A stretch of DNA of 64,000 nt from the human T2T-CHM13v2.0 reference genome, Homo sapiens, in the NCBI RefSeq assembly GCF_009914755.1, contig NC_060933.1; one strand, written 5' to 3'. The translations under genes were made by a program, and so were the position numbers. The notes below the pieces were generated by a model, which was not told the DNA's origin, made no database searches, and worked only from the letters and a program-made list of their open reading frames with translations. Of this stretch, positions 15,761-27,686 are shown one piece after another. Each line of letters starts with the position of its first letter. The first letter of the stretch is position 1.

Positions 15761-18700
15761 TACAGTATGTTTCTTTAATGCCTAGTTTGTTGAGGATTTT
15801 TAACATGAAGGGATGTTGAATTATATTGAAAGCCTTTTCTGAATTTATCGAGATAATCATGTGTTTTTTGTCTTTAGTTCTGTTCATGGGATGAATTACA
15901 TTTGTTGATTTGCCTATGTTGAACAAACTTTGCATCCCAGAAATAAAGCCTACTTTATCATGGTGGATTAGCTTTTTGAGGTGCTTCTGGATTTGGTTTG
16001 CTAGTATTTTGTTGATAATTTTTGCATCTATGTTGCTCAAGGATATTGGCCTGAAGTTTTCTTTTTTTTTGTTGTATCACTGCCAGGTTTTGGTATCACA
16101 ATGATAGTGGCCTCATAAAATGAGTTAGGAATGAATCCCTCCTCCTCAATTTTTTTGATTAGTTTCAGTAGGAATAATACCAGTTCTTTTTTATACATTT
16201 GGTAGAATTTGGCTATGAATTCATCTGGTCCTGGGCTTTCTCTTTTTGGTAGGCTTTTTATTATGGATTCAGTTTTGGAACTCATTATTGGTCTGTTCAG
16301 GGATTTAACTTCTTTCTGGTTCAATCTTTGGAGGTTGTGTGTTTCCTGGAGTTAATCCATTTCTTCCAGGATTTTTAGCGTGTGAGCATAGAGTATTTGT
16401 AGTAGTCTACAAGGGCTTTTTTTCCCCCTGTGAGGTCAATGATCATATCTTCTTTTCATTTCTGATCATGTTTGTTTAGCTCTTCTCTCTTTTTTTGTCT
16501 TTATTCATCTAGCTAATGGTGTATCAATCTTGCTTATTCTTCCAAAGAACAAATTTCTTTTATTGTCAGTTATTGTCTGACAATAAAAAGTCTTTTATGG
16601 TCAATTGTAATCAACAAATTAACCGATCTTTTGTATGGTTTTTCACATCTCAATTTTTTTTCAGTTCAGCTCTGATTTTGGTTATTTCTCATCTTCTGCA
16701 GGTTTTAGGGTTGGTTTGCTCTTGTTTCTCTGGTTCCTTTAGGTAGCATATTTAGTTGTTAATTTGAGATCTTTCTGACTTTTTTATGTGGATGTAGCAC
16801 TATAAACCTTTATCTTAACACTATTTTGGCTGTGTCCCAGAGATTCTGCTATATTGTATCTTCGTTTTCATTAGTTTAAAATAATTTCTTAATTTCTGCT
16901 TAATTTGTTTTCTCAAGTGTCATTTATGAGCAGGTTGTTTATCTTCCTGAAATTTTATGGTTTGAGTGATTTTTTTAGTATTAATTTCTATTTTTATTCT
17001 GCTGTAGTCCAAGAGTATGGTCGGTATGATTTCAGATTTTTTTTAATATGCTGAAGATTGTTTTGTCTGATTGTGTGGTAGATTTTAGAGTATGTGCCAC
17101 ATGCCGATAAGAAAAACATATATTCTGTTTTTTGGAATGTAGACGTCTGTATATGTTTATTGGGTGCATTTGGTCAAGTGTCAAGTTCAGGTTATATATA
17201 TCTTTGTTAGTTTTCTGCCTCAATTATCTATGTAATACTGTCAGTGGAGTGTTGAAGTCTCCCACTATTATTATGTAGAAATCTAAGTCTCCTCATAGGT
17301 CTCAAAGAACTTGCGTTACGAACCTGTGTGCTCCTGAATTGGGTGCATATATATTTAGGATAGTTAAGTATTCTTGTTGAATTGAACTCTTTACCATTAT
17401 GTAAGCATATCTTTATCTTTTTTAATCTTTGTTGGTTTAAAGGCTGTTTTGTCTGATATTAGAATAGCAAGTCCTGATTTTTTTTTTCTGTTTTCCACTA
17501 GTTTGGTAGATTCTTCTCCATCTTACTTCAAGCCTGTGGGTGTCACTGCATGTGAGATGGATCTCTTGAAGACAGCATATCATTGTGTCTTGATTCTTTA
17601 TTCAGTTTGCCACTCCGTGTTTTTAATTGGGGCACTTAGCCGATTTTCATTAAAGATTAATATTGAAATGTGCAGATTTGATCCTGCCATCATATTGTTA
17701 GCTGGTTCTTAGGCAGATCTGTTTGTGTGGCTTCATTATAGTTTCAATGGTCTATGTACTTAAGTTTTTGTGGTGGCTGGTAACAGTCTTTCTATATTAG
17801 AACTCCTTTCAGAATCTCTTTTAAGGGAGGTCTGGTGGTAACAAATTCCCTTAATATTTTCCTGTCAGAGAAGGATCTCCTTTCTCCTCTGCTTATGAAG
17901 CTTTCTTTGGCTGGACATGAAATTCTTGGTTGGAAATTCTTTCCTTTGAGAATGCTGAATATAGACCCACAATCTCTTCTAGCTGATAGGGTTTCTGCTG
18001 AAACCTGCCCCTTCTCTCTAGCCACCTTTAACAGTTTTCCTTTCATTTTGACATTGGAGAATCTGATGACTATATGTCTGAGGGATGGTTTTATTGTGTA
18101 GTATCTTGCAGGGCTTCTCTGCATTTCCTGAATTTAAATTTTGGCCTCTCTAGCAAGACTGGAGAAATTTTCACGGAAGATATCCTGAAATATATTTTCC
18201 AAGTTGCTTTCTTTCTCCTTCTCTCTTTCAGGGATGCCAACAAGTCACACATTTGGTCTCTTTCCATAATTCCATATTTCTTGGAGGTTTTATTCATTCT
18301 TTTTTTAAAAAAATTGTCTAACTCAGTTAGTTTGGAGAACCAGTATTCAAGCTCTGAAATTCTTTCTTCTGCTTAGTCTAGCCTGCTGTTAATACTTATA
18401 ATTGCATTATAAAATCCTTTCAGTGTGTTTTTGACTTCATCATATTAGTTTGGTTCTTTCTTATGATGGTTATTTCATCTACTAGCTTCTGTATCATTTT
18501 ATTGAAATCCTTAGAAACCTTGGATTGGGTTTTTACTTACTCCTGAATCTTGATGATCTTCATTCCTAACTATATTCTGAATTCTATTTCTGTCATTTCA
18601 ACCATTTCAGCCTGGTTAAGAGTCCTTGCTGGGGAATTAGTGTGCTCATTTGGAAGAAAGAAAACACTATTTTTTTGAGTTGCTAGATTTCTTGCAGTGG

Positions 18701-19917
18701 TTCTTTCTCGTCTGTGTAGACTGATGTTCTTTTAACTGTGGTGTAATCTGAGTATAGTCATTGACTTCCAGATATTTTCAGAGGGTTGAAGCTGAGTGCA
18801 GGGAGTGCAGGGTCTTTATTTATAGTTGCATTCTTGCCCTTGGTTTTACAGGGGAATATATCAGCCAGGTATTTTTGGTATTGAAATTTGTGCTGTAATC
18901 CCGCATATGGTGCTTAATTGTAATGGACCTGTGATAGGCTCTTCCTCAGCCACATGGCTCCTCTGTGTCTCCACATTATTGCAGCTGTGCTCCATCTCAA
19001 TGCTCTGAAAGTGTGGGCTCATCTCCCTTTGAATGCTGGTTGCAGATCTTGTCTTGGAACTCCCAAAATGCACACTGTAGCTCTGGGGTGAGCTCAGGCT
19101 TTATGTTCCTTCCCGAGAGTGGAGGCAGTAAGAGAAGTGATCATAGCAGTGGCTGTGGTAGAGAGCCTTTCACTTGTCTCTTGAAGATCCACTACCAAGG
19201 CAGAGCTCCTCCCAATCAGTGTGATTGGCCCAAGGTGTGGCAGCTGCATGGTAGGCTTAAGCCAGGAGGCCCAGCCTGGTGATGAGCAAGGTGGGCAGGG
19301 GATTCGTGTGGGAGACAAATTGGCCTCTCCTCCTTAGGGTGGCTGCAGCTTTCTGGAGTTGTAGTTAAAGCATTCAGGATCTTTGCTTCCTCCCAGGTCT
19401 GAGGGCAGTAAAGGTGATACCACTGCAGCAACAATGACAGAGGGGATTTCAATTGCCTCTGGGAGCTGCACCTCAGAGAAATATAGAGCTGCTGCTTTTG
19501 GGAATGTTCAGGCATAGGGTGGGGAAGCTGTGCTGCTGGCCAAAGCTGGGAGCCCAACTTGGTGAAAAATTAGGGATTGAGGGCTCACAGAGAGATGAGA
19601 CTGGGGTCCCTTCTCTACTGTGGCTGTGTCTTCTCCAGATTGAAGGTACTAGTGGCAGAACTGCTACTGTGGCAGTGACAGAGGGATTGTTGGTTGCCTC
19701 TGTGAGCCCCTCCCCAGGGAAACACATAGCCATTAACATTGGGAATGCCCAGCTGGGGATGGGTTGGCTTATGTTCAGTCCTGAGCTAGCAGCCCTGCCT
19801 GGTGATGAGTGGGGCATTGGGGCTCGCAGGGAAGAGAGCCTGGGCTTCTCTCCTTCCGGTGGCTGCAGTGTGTTGGAGGTTGCAGCATAGTAACAGGGCC
19901 TTTTGTTCCTTCCCCAG

Positions 19918-20798
19918 AGGAAGAGACAGCCAGCCATTTTTGTGGCCCCACAGCTCTCACTTCAGTTGCCCTCAGGCTCAGGAGGGAATGTAGTTGTTGG
20001 AGACTGATGCAGAACCCCCTGCACAGCACAACAGCCTTACTGATAAGCAGCCAGACTGTTTTCCACATGGGTCCCTACCTCTGCTACTCTTCCCTGGAGA
20101 GTGCCTTCCTACTTAGGCCCCCAGCACAATCACTCTGCCACCATCTGAACACTTTAGTCAGTGGCAGTTCTGCATTTCTCTGAGGAGGAAATCCCAGAGA
20201 CAACCCACAGCCCTCCTGCCATTGCAGCAGCAGTGGTCCCACCCTTACTGCCCTCAGGCTAGAGAAGGAATAAAGGGCCTGGTTACTACGCTGGATCCTC
20301 CAATACACTGCAGCCACCAGAAGGAGAGAAGCCCAGGCTCTCTCCTGTGAGCCCCCATGTCCCCTTCATCACAAGGCAGGGCCCCCAGCTCAGGAATGAA
20401 GATCAGCAACCCTATCCCCAGCTCAACATTCGCACTGGTAGTGTCTCTGTGTTTCCCGGGAAAGGGGCTCTCAGAGGCAACCAACAGGCCCTCTGCCACT
20501 GCCACAGCAGCAGTTTTGGCCCTGCTGATCTCAGACCGGAGAAGAAACAATGAACCTGAGGGCTTTACTCGTACTTCCAGCAAGACACACTCACTATACA
20601 GAGAGAAGCCCAGTCTCTTCTATCTGTGAGCCCTTGACTCCTGAGGGCTCCCAGCTTGGGCCAGCAGCATAGCCACCCCACCCCATGGCTGAACATTCCT
20701 AATAGCAGCAGCTCTGTTTCTCTGAGGTGGAGTTCCCAGAGGCGATTAAAAGCCCCTGTCATTGTTGCTACAGTCATATCTCCCTTGCTACACTCAGA
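19918..20798 (+). other. Inverted segment of the L1 5'UTR monomer array
   Basis: 20262-20800 is the reverse complement of 19390-19917. Re-inverting the segment restores a continuous monomer. Confidence 0.88.
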
Positions 20799-21176
20799 CT
20801 AGGAGGTCTGTCCAAAGAAAATTCAGAGCTTCTCCCAGCCTGAGAACTCAGGAGGACCTGGGGCAGCCCACTAGTGTCCGAGGTTAGTGGACCTTATCCT
20901 GAGAGATGTAGTGGTGGTAAAGCCTACAGTTCATTGCCTCTCAGTCCCATTATTTTGGTCCCTTTCCTGGGGGCATGTGAGGGAACATGGCTTCCCCTGT
21001 TGCTGGAGCTGCAGCCACTGGTGCTGGGGTGCCTGAGTGGCAGCTCTGCCCAGACTCCTCATAGTTCTTTCTGTGTTGGTCTGCAGGCCCTGATTGAAGG
21101 GTGGTGGTGGTCATGGGGGATTTCTTGAGTCCAGGGATGCAACAGTCCATGACAGAAGTATAGGTCCCCCAGGATT

Positions 21177-21238
21177 CTCACTCACTCATTCACTCACTCA
21201 CTCACTCACTCACTCACTCACTCACTCACTCACTCACT
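21177..21238. repeat. (CTCA)n tetranucleotide microsatellite inside the L1 5'UTR
   Basis: About 15 units with one interruption. Confidence 0.95.
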
Positions 21239-21619
21239 GTTTTCCTGTAGTCAGGGGCCTCCCCTGGCTCCATGCCACTCCTGGCTGGGCAGTTGTCCTG
21301 TCTTGCTCTTCTCCATTCTCTGTGGGTCGCATTGTTTTCTTGAAGAATCTCAATGTCTCCACCTGGATGTTCCAGTTGAACCACTATTGTTTATTAGCCA
21401 CTTTTCTCTCCTTGAGAACAGCACGTATTAGATGCTTCTAATCAGCCATCTTGGCTCCATCCTCAATTTTTCTTATATATTCTAATACAGTTTTTAATAT
21501 TTTAATGGGCATGGAAGCAAACCTAATTTCTGAGCAGGCAACTTTGTATTCACTGCTATAACTCCTGGAATTACAAGAAGAAAGAAGGCAGTATATTTGC
21601 TATCTATTTAATGCTTACA

Positions 21620-21760
21620 TTAACACATAGTTGTATTTTATTTTTATATTTGGAGAAATTAAGACATACAGAGAAAGTCAATAGTATGCCTAAGGCTCAC
21701 CTAACTATTAAATGTGTGAGGCTAGGTTTAAGTCCATATCTACCTAACCAAAAATGTTAT
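21620..21760 (-). mobile_element. MIR fragment carrying a local inverted duplication
   Basis: GAGAAATTAAGACATACAGAGAAAG...GCCTAAGGCTCAC...GAGGCTAGGTTTAAGTCCA resembles the MIR reverse complement. Confidence 0.6.
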
Positions 21761-22027
21761 AATGTAGAGTACCTTTTTGGTTAGATATGGACTTAAACAT
21801 AGCCTCAAACATTGTACAATGTAGAGTCTTTTAAAAAAGATAATATTCTCAACCTTTCAATAAAGGCAAACAAATAAACAAACAAAAACTAATAGAAAGA
21901 TTGGGAGGCAAAGAATGTAGAAATGTATGACAGATCATTTCCCTCTTTTGTGCTCCTCTCAGAATCTCTATATCTTTTCCCTGAAATTCAACATCAGGGG
22001 CTACTGACAGCATTAGGAGATACATTT

Positions 22028-22164
22028 GACTTTTATTTATTTATATATATTTTTAGAGATGGGGTCTCACTCCATTGCTGAGACTGGAGTGTGCTGGCAT
22101 GATCATAGCTCACCGTAAGCTTGAACTCCTGGGCTTAAGAGGTCCTCCCTCCTCAGCTTCCTGC
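22028..22164 (-). mobile_element. 5'-truncated AluJ/FLAM piece
   Basis: ATGATCATAGCTCACCGTAAGCTTGAACTCCTGGGCTTAAG. TSD AGG(A/T)GATACATTT at 22015-22027 and 22165-22177. Confidence 0.85.
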
Positions 22165-22358
22165 AGGTGATACATTTTAGATAATAATGATTTAAGTTAG
22201 CTTAAAGAAAATATGTCAGGAAGAACATCTTTTGATATTTTTGACTGCAAATATCAATTTCCTATTGTAATGGAACAATGGATATATTTTGAAGATACCT
22301 TTGATTTTTAAAATAGCTATATGATTGTAATAAAATGGTCATCAAAAATTCTCATTTT

Positions 22359-22488
22359 GCCAGGTGTGGTGGTGCCTGCTGGTAGTACCAGCTATGGAGG
22401 AGGCTGAGGTGGCCGGATCATTGAGCCTAGGATTTCAACACTAGCCTGGGAAACATTGTGAGACTTGGTTTAAAAACAAAACAAAACA
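22359..22488 (+). mobile_element. FLAM (Alu monomer)
   Basis: Single ~115-bp monomer plus (AAAAC)n tail. TSD AAAAT(T/C)CTCATTTT at 22345-22358 and 22489-22502. Confidence 0.85.
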
Positions 22489-23404
22489 AAAATCCTCATT
22501 TTTTTCCTATTTAAAGTCCTTTGCATAAAATCTTACAGTATATATTCTTTATATAAGCATATGGTCTGAGAAATAAAAGGAATAAATTTATCTGGTAACT
22601 TCCTTCCTTCCCTAGATGACAAGAAATGTACTTTCCATTTTGTCCTGATTGCTAGGAGGCTTCAAACTAACTACTAGGCTTTTGTCTTTTATTATCTTTG
22701 TTTGAATGTGTTTATCTGAGTGCATGCAATTTTATTCTAATGTACCACAAATAGTTTCTAGCACTTAGTTTTATACAAACAAACATACAAAATTAATGTG
22801 CCAAAAATATTTTGGTGTTATAACAGATGTCAATTTTTAAAATATACTTTGTTAATATATTTTATTAAAATTGTCTTGTGTTAAGTCAACCCCACTTTAA
22901 TCTCTTAGCAATTGATATGATTAATTCAAGGTCATATTAACTTCTCTTTATACTATTTTTCTTCCTCCTTCTCCCTTTAATGTTTAGATATGATGTTTAT
23001 TAAAAAAATTAGAGATGTTTTACTATATCATGGTAAGGAATATTTAGTACTCTCATTGTATTGTCTGACAAGGAACTAAGTTTGCATGCTTTGCTGAGGC
23101 AACATAGTTGCAATTAATCTTAAGCAGACTGTATATGGTGGTTTCAGTTTAATTCTTAATGGGTTATATTGTACATAATAAAATTACCGCAGAGAATTGA
23201 TGAGTAGCATTTAATTAATAGATGGCAGCCTGATCTTAAAGACTGGAATTTCTAAGTTCTCAAAGACATAACAATTCTTGAGAAAAATATATAAAACATA
23301 GTAAAAATATAAAGTGGTGTATTTATGTAGACAATGTAAGCACAGGCTACGAGGGCAAGTGGAGGGAAGGTTATTGATATTTCAAGTATCCGTGGATAGT
23401 AGTG

Positions 23405-23441
23405 GGGTTGCCCAGAGAGCACCTGGGTTGCCCAGAGAGCA
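23405..23441. repeat. 20-bp-period tandem duplication (GGGTTGCCCAGAGAGCA x2)
   Basis: Identical 17-mers at 23405-23421 and 23425-23441. Confidence 0.9.
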
Positions 23442-23599
23442 TAGCCTGAAGAAAAGGTTTGAACACCACCACTTCCTTACAAGACAGGAGTGAGGCAAAA
23501 GGGAAATGAATCCAGGAAAGAGGAAGAGCAAATAAAACAACACCTTACTAAGCATGACTCAAACTCATGAGATTTTCTCCAAAAGGGTAAAATAAATAA

Positions 23600-26500
23600 A
23601 CGCTTCACAGTACTGTTATTCCTGAGGAGTGAAATAGAATAATTTATCTTGTGGCTCCTATACGTTACTGACCAAATTTTACTTCCTGGATTGTGATTTT
23701 TATTTGCATTTCTGGGATCCCTATGTGTGGGTCCAGAACAGACCTGCACTGTCTCATTCTTCAGGAAATAGGGGAGCTCCAAAGTAGGAGAAAATTGGAG
23801 TTCAGAGCATCCGCGAGATGAGGCAACCTTGGGTTGTACCTGATGGAGCTGGTTGGAGTATACACATTGTGAGTTATCATAAAGGAAGCTTAGTCTGGAA
23901 AAAAAAAAACAGCTGAAGTTTTGAGAGTCATCAAGGTTGACATGATCTGCAATTAGACACGAGAGGAGACGGACCGACCAGTCCTCAGGTTTGCTGATGC
24001 TCTCACATTATTTCCAGCTACTTAATATAGTATATTACCTCCGTGGTTGTAAGATGTCCTCACTTCTACCCCAGGAGGTGAGGTAGGGGTCCAATCCATG
24101 ACAGAATCTCCTTTAAGGATAATAACTATTTTAAGGAATCCATCTGTGGAGCAGACCCAACACTATTTTTTTTCCGTCAATTATTCACAGGAAATTATCC
24201 CGAAAGGCCCAAGGTAGAAGCTAGAGGAAGAGATGTCAATGCAATATAGGTTGATTATATGGGAGTCTGGGCCACAAGTTCACATAATTTTCTCATGCTT
24301 CCTGGATCTGCTGAGGCCAGATCACACATATTATTTCCATTGTACAATGGATGGTTGCTTCACATTCCCACACTTATGACTCAGCAGTTCTAATAATATA
24401 CAAGTTAAAATAAACAGTTTTGGTCTCATAGACATTTCATGTCCTATGATCAGAATCTCACTCTATAATTAGTAATACATTAGAAGTTATTTTTTTAATA
24501 AAGATTTTTTTTTGGCTGTAGAAATCTTGAACTTGACCTATAGCCTAGGCTTCTATATATCACTTTTCTTACTGGGGCTTGCCAGATATTCAATAGAGCA
24601 TCCAAAATATACTACAGATACTTGTAGCAGTTTTATGTCTTCTGTATCACATACTTTGAGTGACATCAACTATGGTCTTGGCCTGCTTTAGAATACACTC
24701 CTGCTCCTAGTATCACTAAAAACTGGCAGCTTTTTCAGTCACTCAATAAATGAACCATAGGAGTATTTATGAAGTATGTTATACATGTGGCTTCAAAAAC
24801 CCAAGGTGGCTCACCAAGAACCATAATTAGGAAATGTGAGGTGCACTAAATTATTATCCACCATACAAAGAATGTTCTGATATACTTCAGCTGATTTGAA
24901 CCCCTAAAAATTTCACTGATATAGCATATTCTTGACTTGCTGATATAGCAAGTCTCTGCATATTCAACAGAATTTTTTTCCATCATGTGTGGCATTTAGA
25001 TGTTGTCCTTGTGCCTATGGAACACTTGTTAGTTTCTGATCATTGGGTCCAATTAGCATGATACAACATTATTGTAGACTGGCATGACGTTGTGCAGACT
25101 AGCAAGAAGATTAATGTTCTTACAGAGTGTATCATGAATGTGAGCATAGGCATGAACATAGCACTGGGGCCATCTTTGAATTTGTGCTGCTGTTCATACT
25201 ACGTGATGGCAGACTACTTTGGATTCCCTCTATTGTCTGTAATCAAGAAGAATGTATTCGCCAAATCAATTTAGTGTGCCAAGTGCCAGAGAACATGGGG
25301 AATTGCACCAATAAATACGCCATAACAAGCACGTAGTTGCAATTGAGGCTATACCTAGCGTAAATGTGAGTTACTCAGCCCATAGCCACCTATCTACCAT
25401 TTCTTTAATTTTTTTCCCAGCAGTTCACAAGGTAAATTGAATGGGGATATCATAGGAATCATTACCCCTGCATTTATTAAGTATTTGATGGTGGTGTCTA
25501 TTTTAGTAATTCATCCTGAGATATAATATCCCTTCTTATGTATTCTCCAGAACTGAGGAGAGTTTTTGCTTGGCCATTTCTACCATAATGGCTCTTAGTA
25601 CACAGATAATAAATCAATGTAAAGATTCTGCCAGCTGTTAAATATATTAGATTCAATTATCCCCTTGGGGACCTTGTTAGTCCATTTTCACACTGCCGAT
25701 AAAGACATACCCGAGACTGGGAAGAAAAATAGGTTTAATGAGCTTACAGTTCCACATGGCTGGGGAGGCCTCAAAATCAAGGTGGAAGGCAAGGAGGAGC
25801 AAGTCACATCTTACATGGATGGCAGCAGGCAAAGAGAAGAGAGTTTGTGCAGGGAAACTCCCATTTTTAAAACCATCAGGTCTCTTGAAACTTATTCACT
25901 ATCATGAGAACAGCATGGGAAAGACCTACCCCATGTTTCAATTACCTCCCACGAGATCCCTCCCACAACATGTGGGAATTCAAGATGAGATTTGGGTGGG
26001 AACACAGACAAATCATATCAGGGACAAGGGAAATAATTGTAGGGTGGTTGGGTAGACATGTTGGATACATAGCATAGTCAGACAGTCTTGGGGGCCAAAC
26101 TATATCAATCTCCTGGGGTCTAAGTTCTCCAATCTAACTGAGGGATGATGATGATATTTTAGTTCCTCCATTATTAGCTTCTACTCAGAATCTTTATGTA
26201 ATAGTCTTTAAAGTGTGTTTCATTCCTCTCTCCCAATACAGCTATCCTAGTATTGGCCACAGTTCCCTTTTGGGAAGGATCAAGGGGATATTTACTGAAT
26301 TTAATTGCAGCGATATGACAGAATGCGTTGTCAAAGGGACCTTGATTTTCCTTTAATCAATGGCATCTGGGTCTGTGAATTGACTTAAATCTGGAATTTT
26401 TGTGTGACCACATTTGTTCCATTTTGATGGCTGGTGTCAGTTATCAATTTCACAAGTTCTCATTTTATTTATTTTTCATATATGCCAATCAATGTACAAT

Positions 26501-27109
26501 TATGCTTATAATTTATCTTTTTTTCTAGAACACTAGGATCTATTTGCCATTACCACAGATACCTATGTATCAAGACATCCTTATTTCCATTCTCTTCTTG
26601 TTACCCACTAGTGTAATTACATCAATCTTGCCTCTAAACATCATCTGTGTAGTTCTGTCACAGTACAATTAAATCTATGGTCTAATTTTCTGCTGTGTGC
26701 TCTATACTCATAGATGTCAAGGTGCTGCATAAATGAAGCCATAGAGGCCCTGTGGCTTTCATTGAATGCCTCAGATTGGCAACTGGCTGCTGTAAGCCTG
26801 TAATTTTCTCTTTCAAAGTTTCCAATATTATTAACAAAAGCCCACCCAATCCACAGTCTCCATAATTATCATTGTCCCCATACCATATAAACATACAGCC
26901 ACTACATATCCTAAAGTCTGATCTTCCATATACACCACATCCCATTTAACCACAAGGGAATGACTTAATAATATGTCACGACATGCCAGAGCTTATCACT
27001 AGTCCCTTTTAACACCAGCAAAGAGATCTTTACAGCTGAGGCTCATCAGTAATGCAGCTTTAATAAATTAAACTAAGGTTCACTTTCTTGGGTCATTCCT
27101 GGTATCAAC
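23600..27109 (-). mobile_element. Decayed ERVL-class internal region (pol/gag remnants)
   Basis: Reverse complement near 25440-25495 reads TIKYLINAGVMIPMISP, resembling ERVL pol TIKDLKDAGVVIPTTSP. PQCY motif near 25165. tRNA-Leu-like primer-binding site (PBS) TGATACCAGGAATGACCC (minus strand, 27090-27107) next to the LTR. Left boundary approximate. Confidence 0.75.
25673..26020 (-). mobile_element. THE1 (A/B-like) solo LTR nested in ERVL
   Basis: GATAAAGACATACCCGAGACTGGG...GAGATTTGGGTGGGAACACAGACAAATCATATCA. Perfect TSD GGGAC at 25668-25672 and 26021-26025. Confidence 0.93.
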
Positions 27110-27686
27110 TGTCTTAGACTGAATTTCTGAGAAACGGAGCCTGAAGCAAATGCTATGTGTTAGAGCTTTATTCAAGAGCATGATCCTTGGAGCAGGGACA
27201 AGGGCAAAGGAAAGTGAGGCAGGGAAGAAACGAGAGCTGATATGGGGGTGCACTCTCAGGCTGACCACTGCATGGTAGGAAGTGTGATTGGTTGCTTGAT
27301 CACACCAGAATAACTTCCAAGAAGCCTTATTATTAACTGCTTCTCAGGACAGGTCATGAATACAAAGGAATGGAGAAAAATTTGTCTCCCTTTGGTTAAA
27401 GATTCACATTCAGAGTTATACTTCCTTCTCACTTGCAGGTGGCTTAGACGTAGGTAGCAAATGCTTAAATGATATCTTATGCCTCAGCATCAACAGAGAA
27501 GCCTGGGCAAAGGGCAGAAGTTATTCATTAGATCCATGAATAGAGTGGTGATAATTTTGGTCAGAATCCACACAAAGGGGATGCCTGTGCTTTGACTGGG
27601 GGTGCATCAACTATCACCCCTGGCCAGCTGGAAGAAGTGTAGTAAAGAAGATATGAAGGAAGATGTATAAGTGGCATCTGATAAAA
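27110..27686 (-). mobile_element. ERVL 5' LTR (LTR33/LTR41/LTR16 group)
   Basis: TGTCTTAGACTGAATTTCTGAGAAACGGAGCCTGAAGCAA...CTTTATT (minus-strand polyA signal), directly next to the PBS. Confidence 0.7.

Noticed and set aside
18826-21441. Dense cluster of 60-154-aa ORFs on both strands that looks like a gene
   Set aside because: All lie in the GC-rich L1 5'UTR. Their mutual similarity is explained by the monomer repeats and the inversion, and there is no splice or domain evidence.
21094-21441. ORF with (SLTH)n repeat
   Set aside because: Translation of the (CTCA)n microsatellite.
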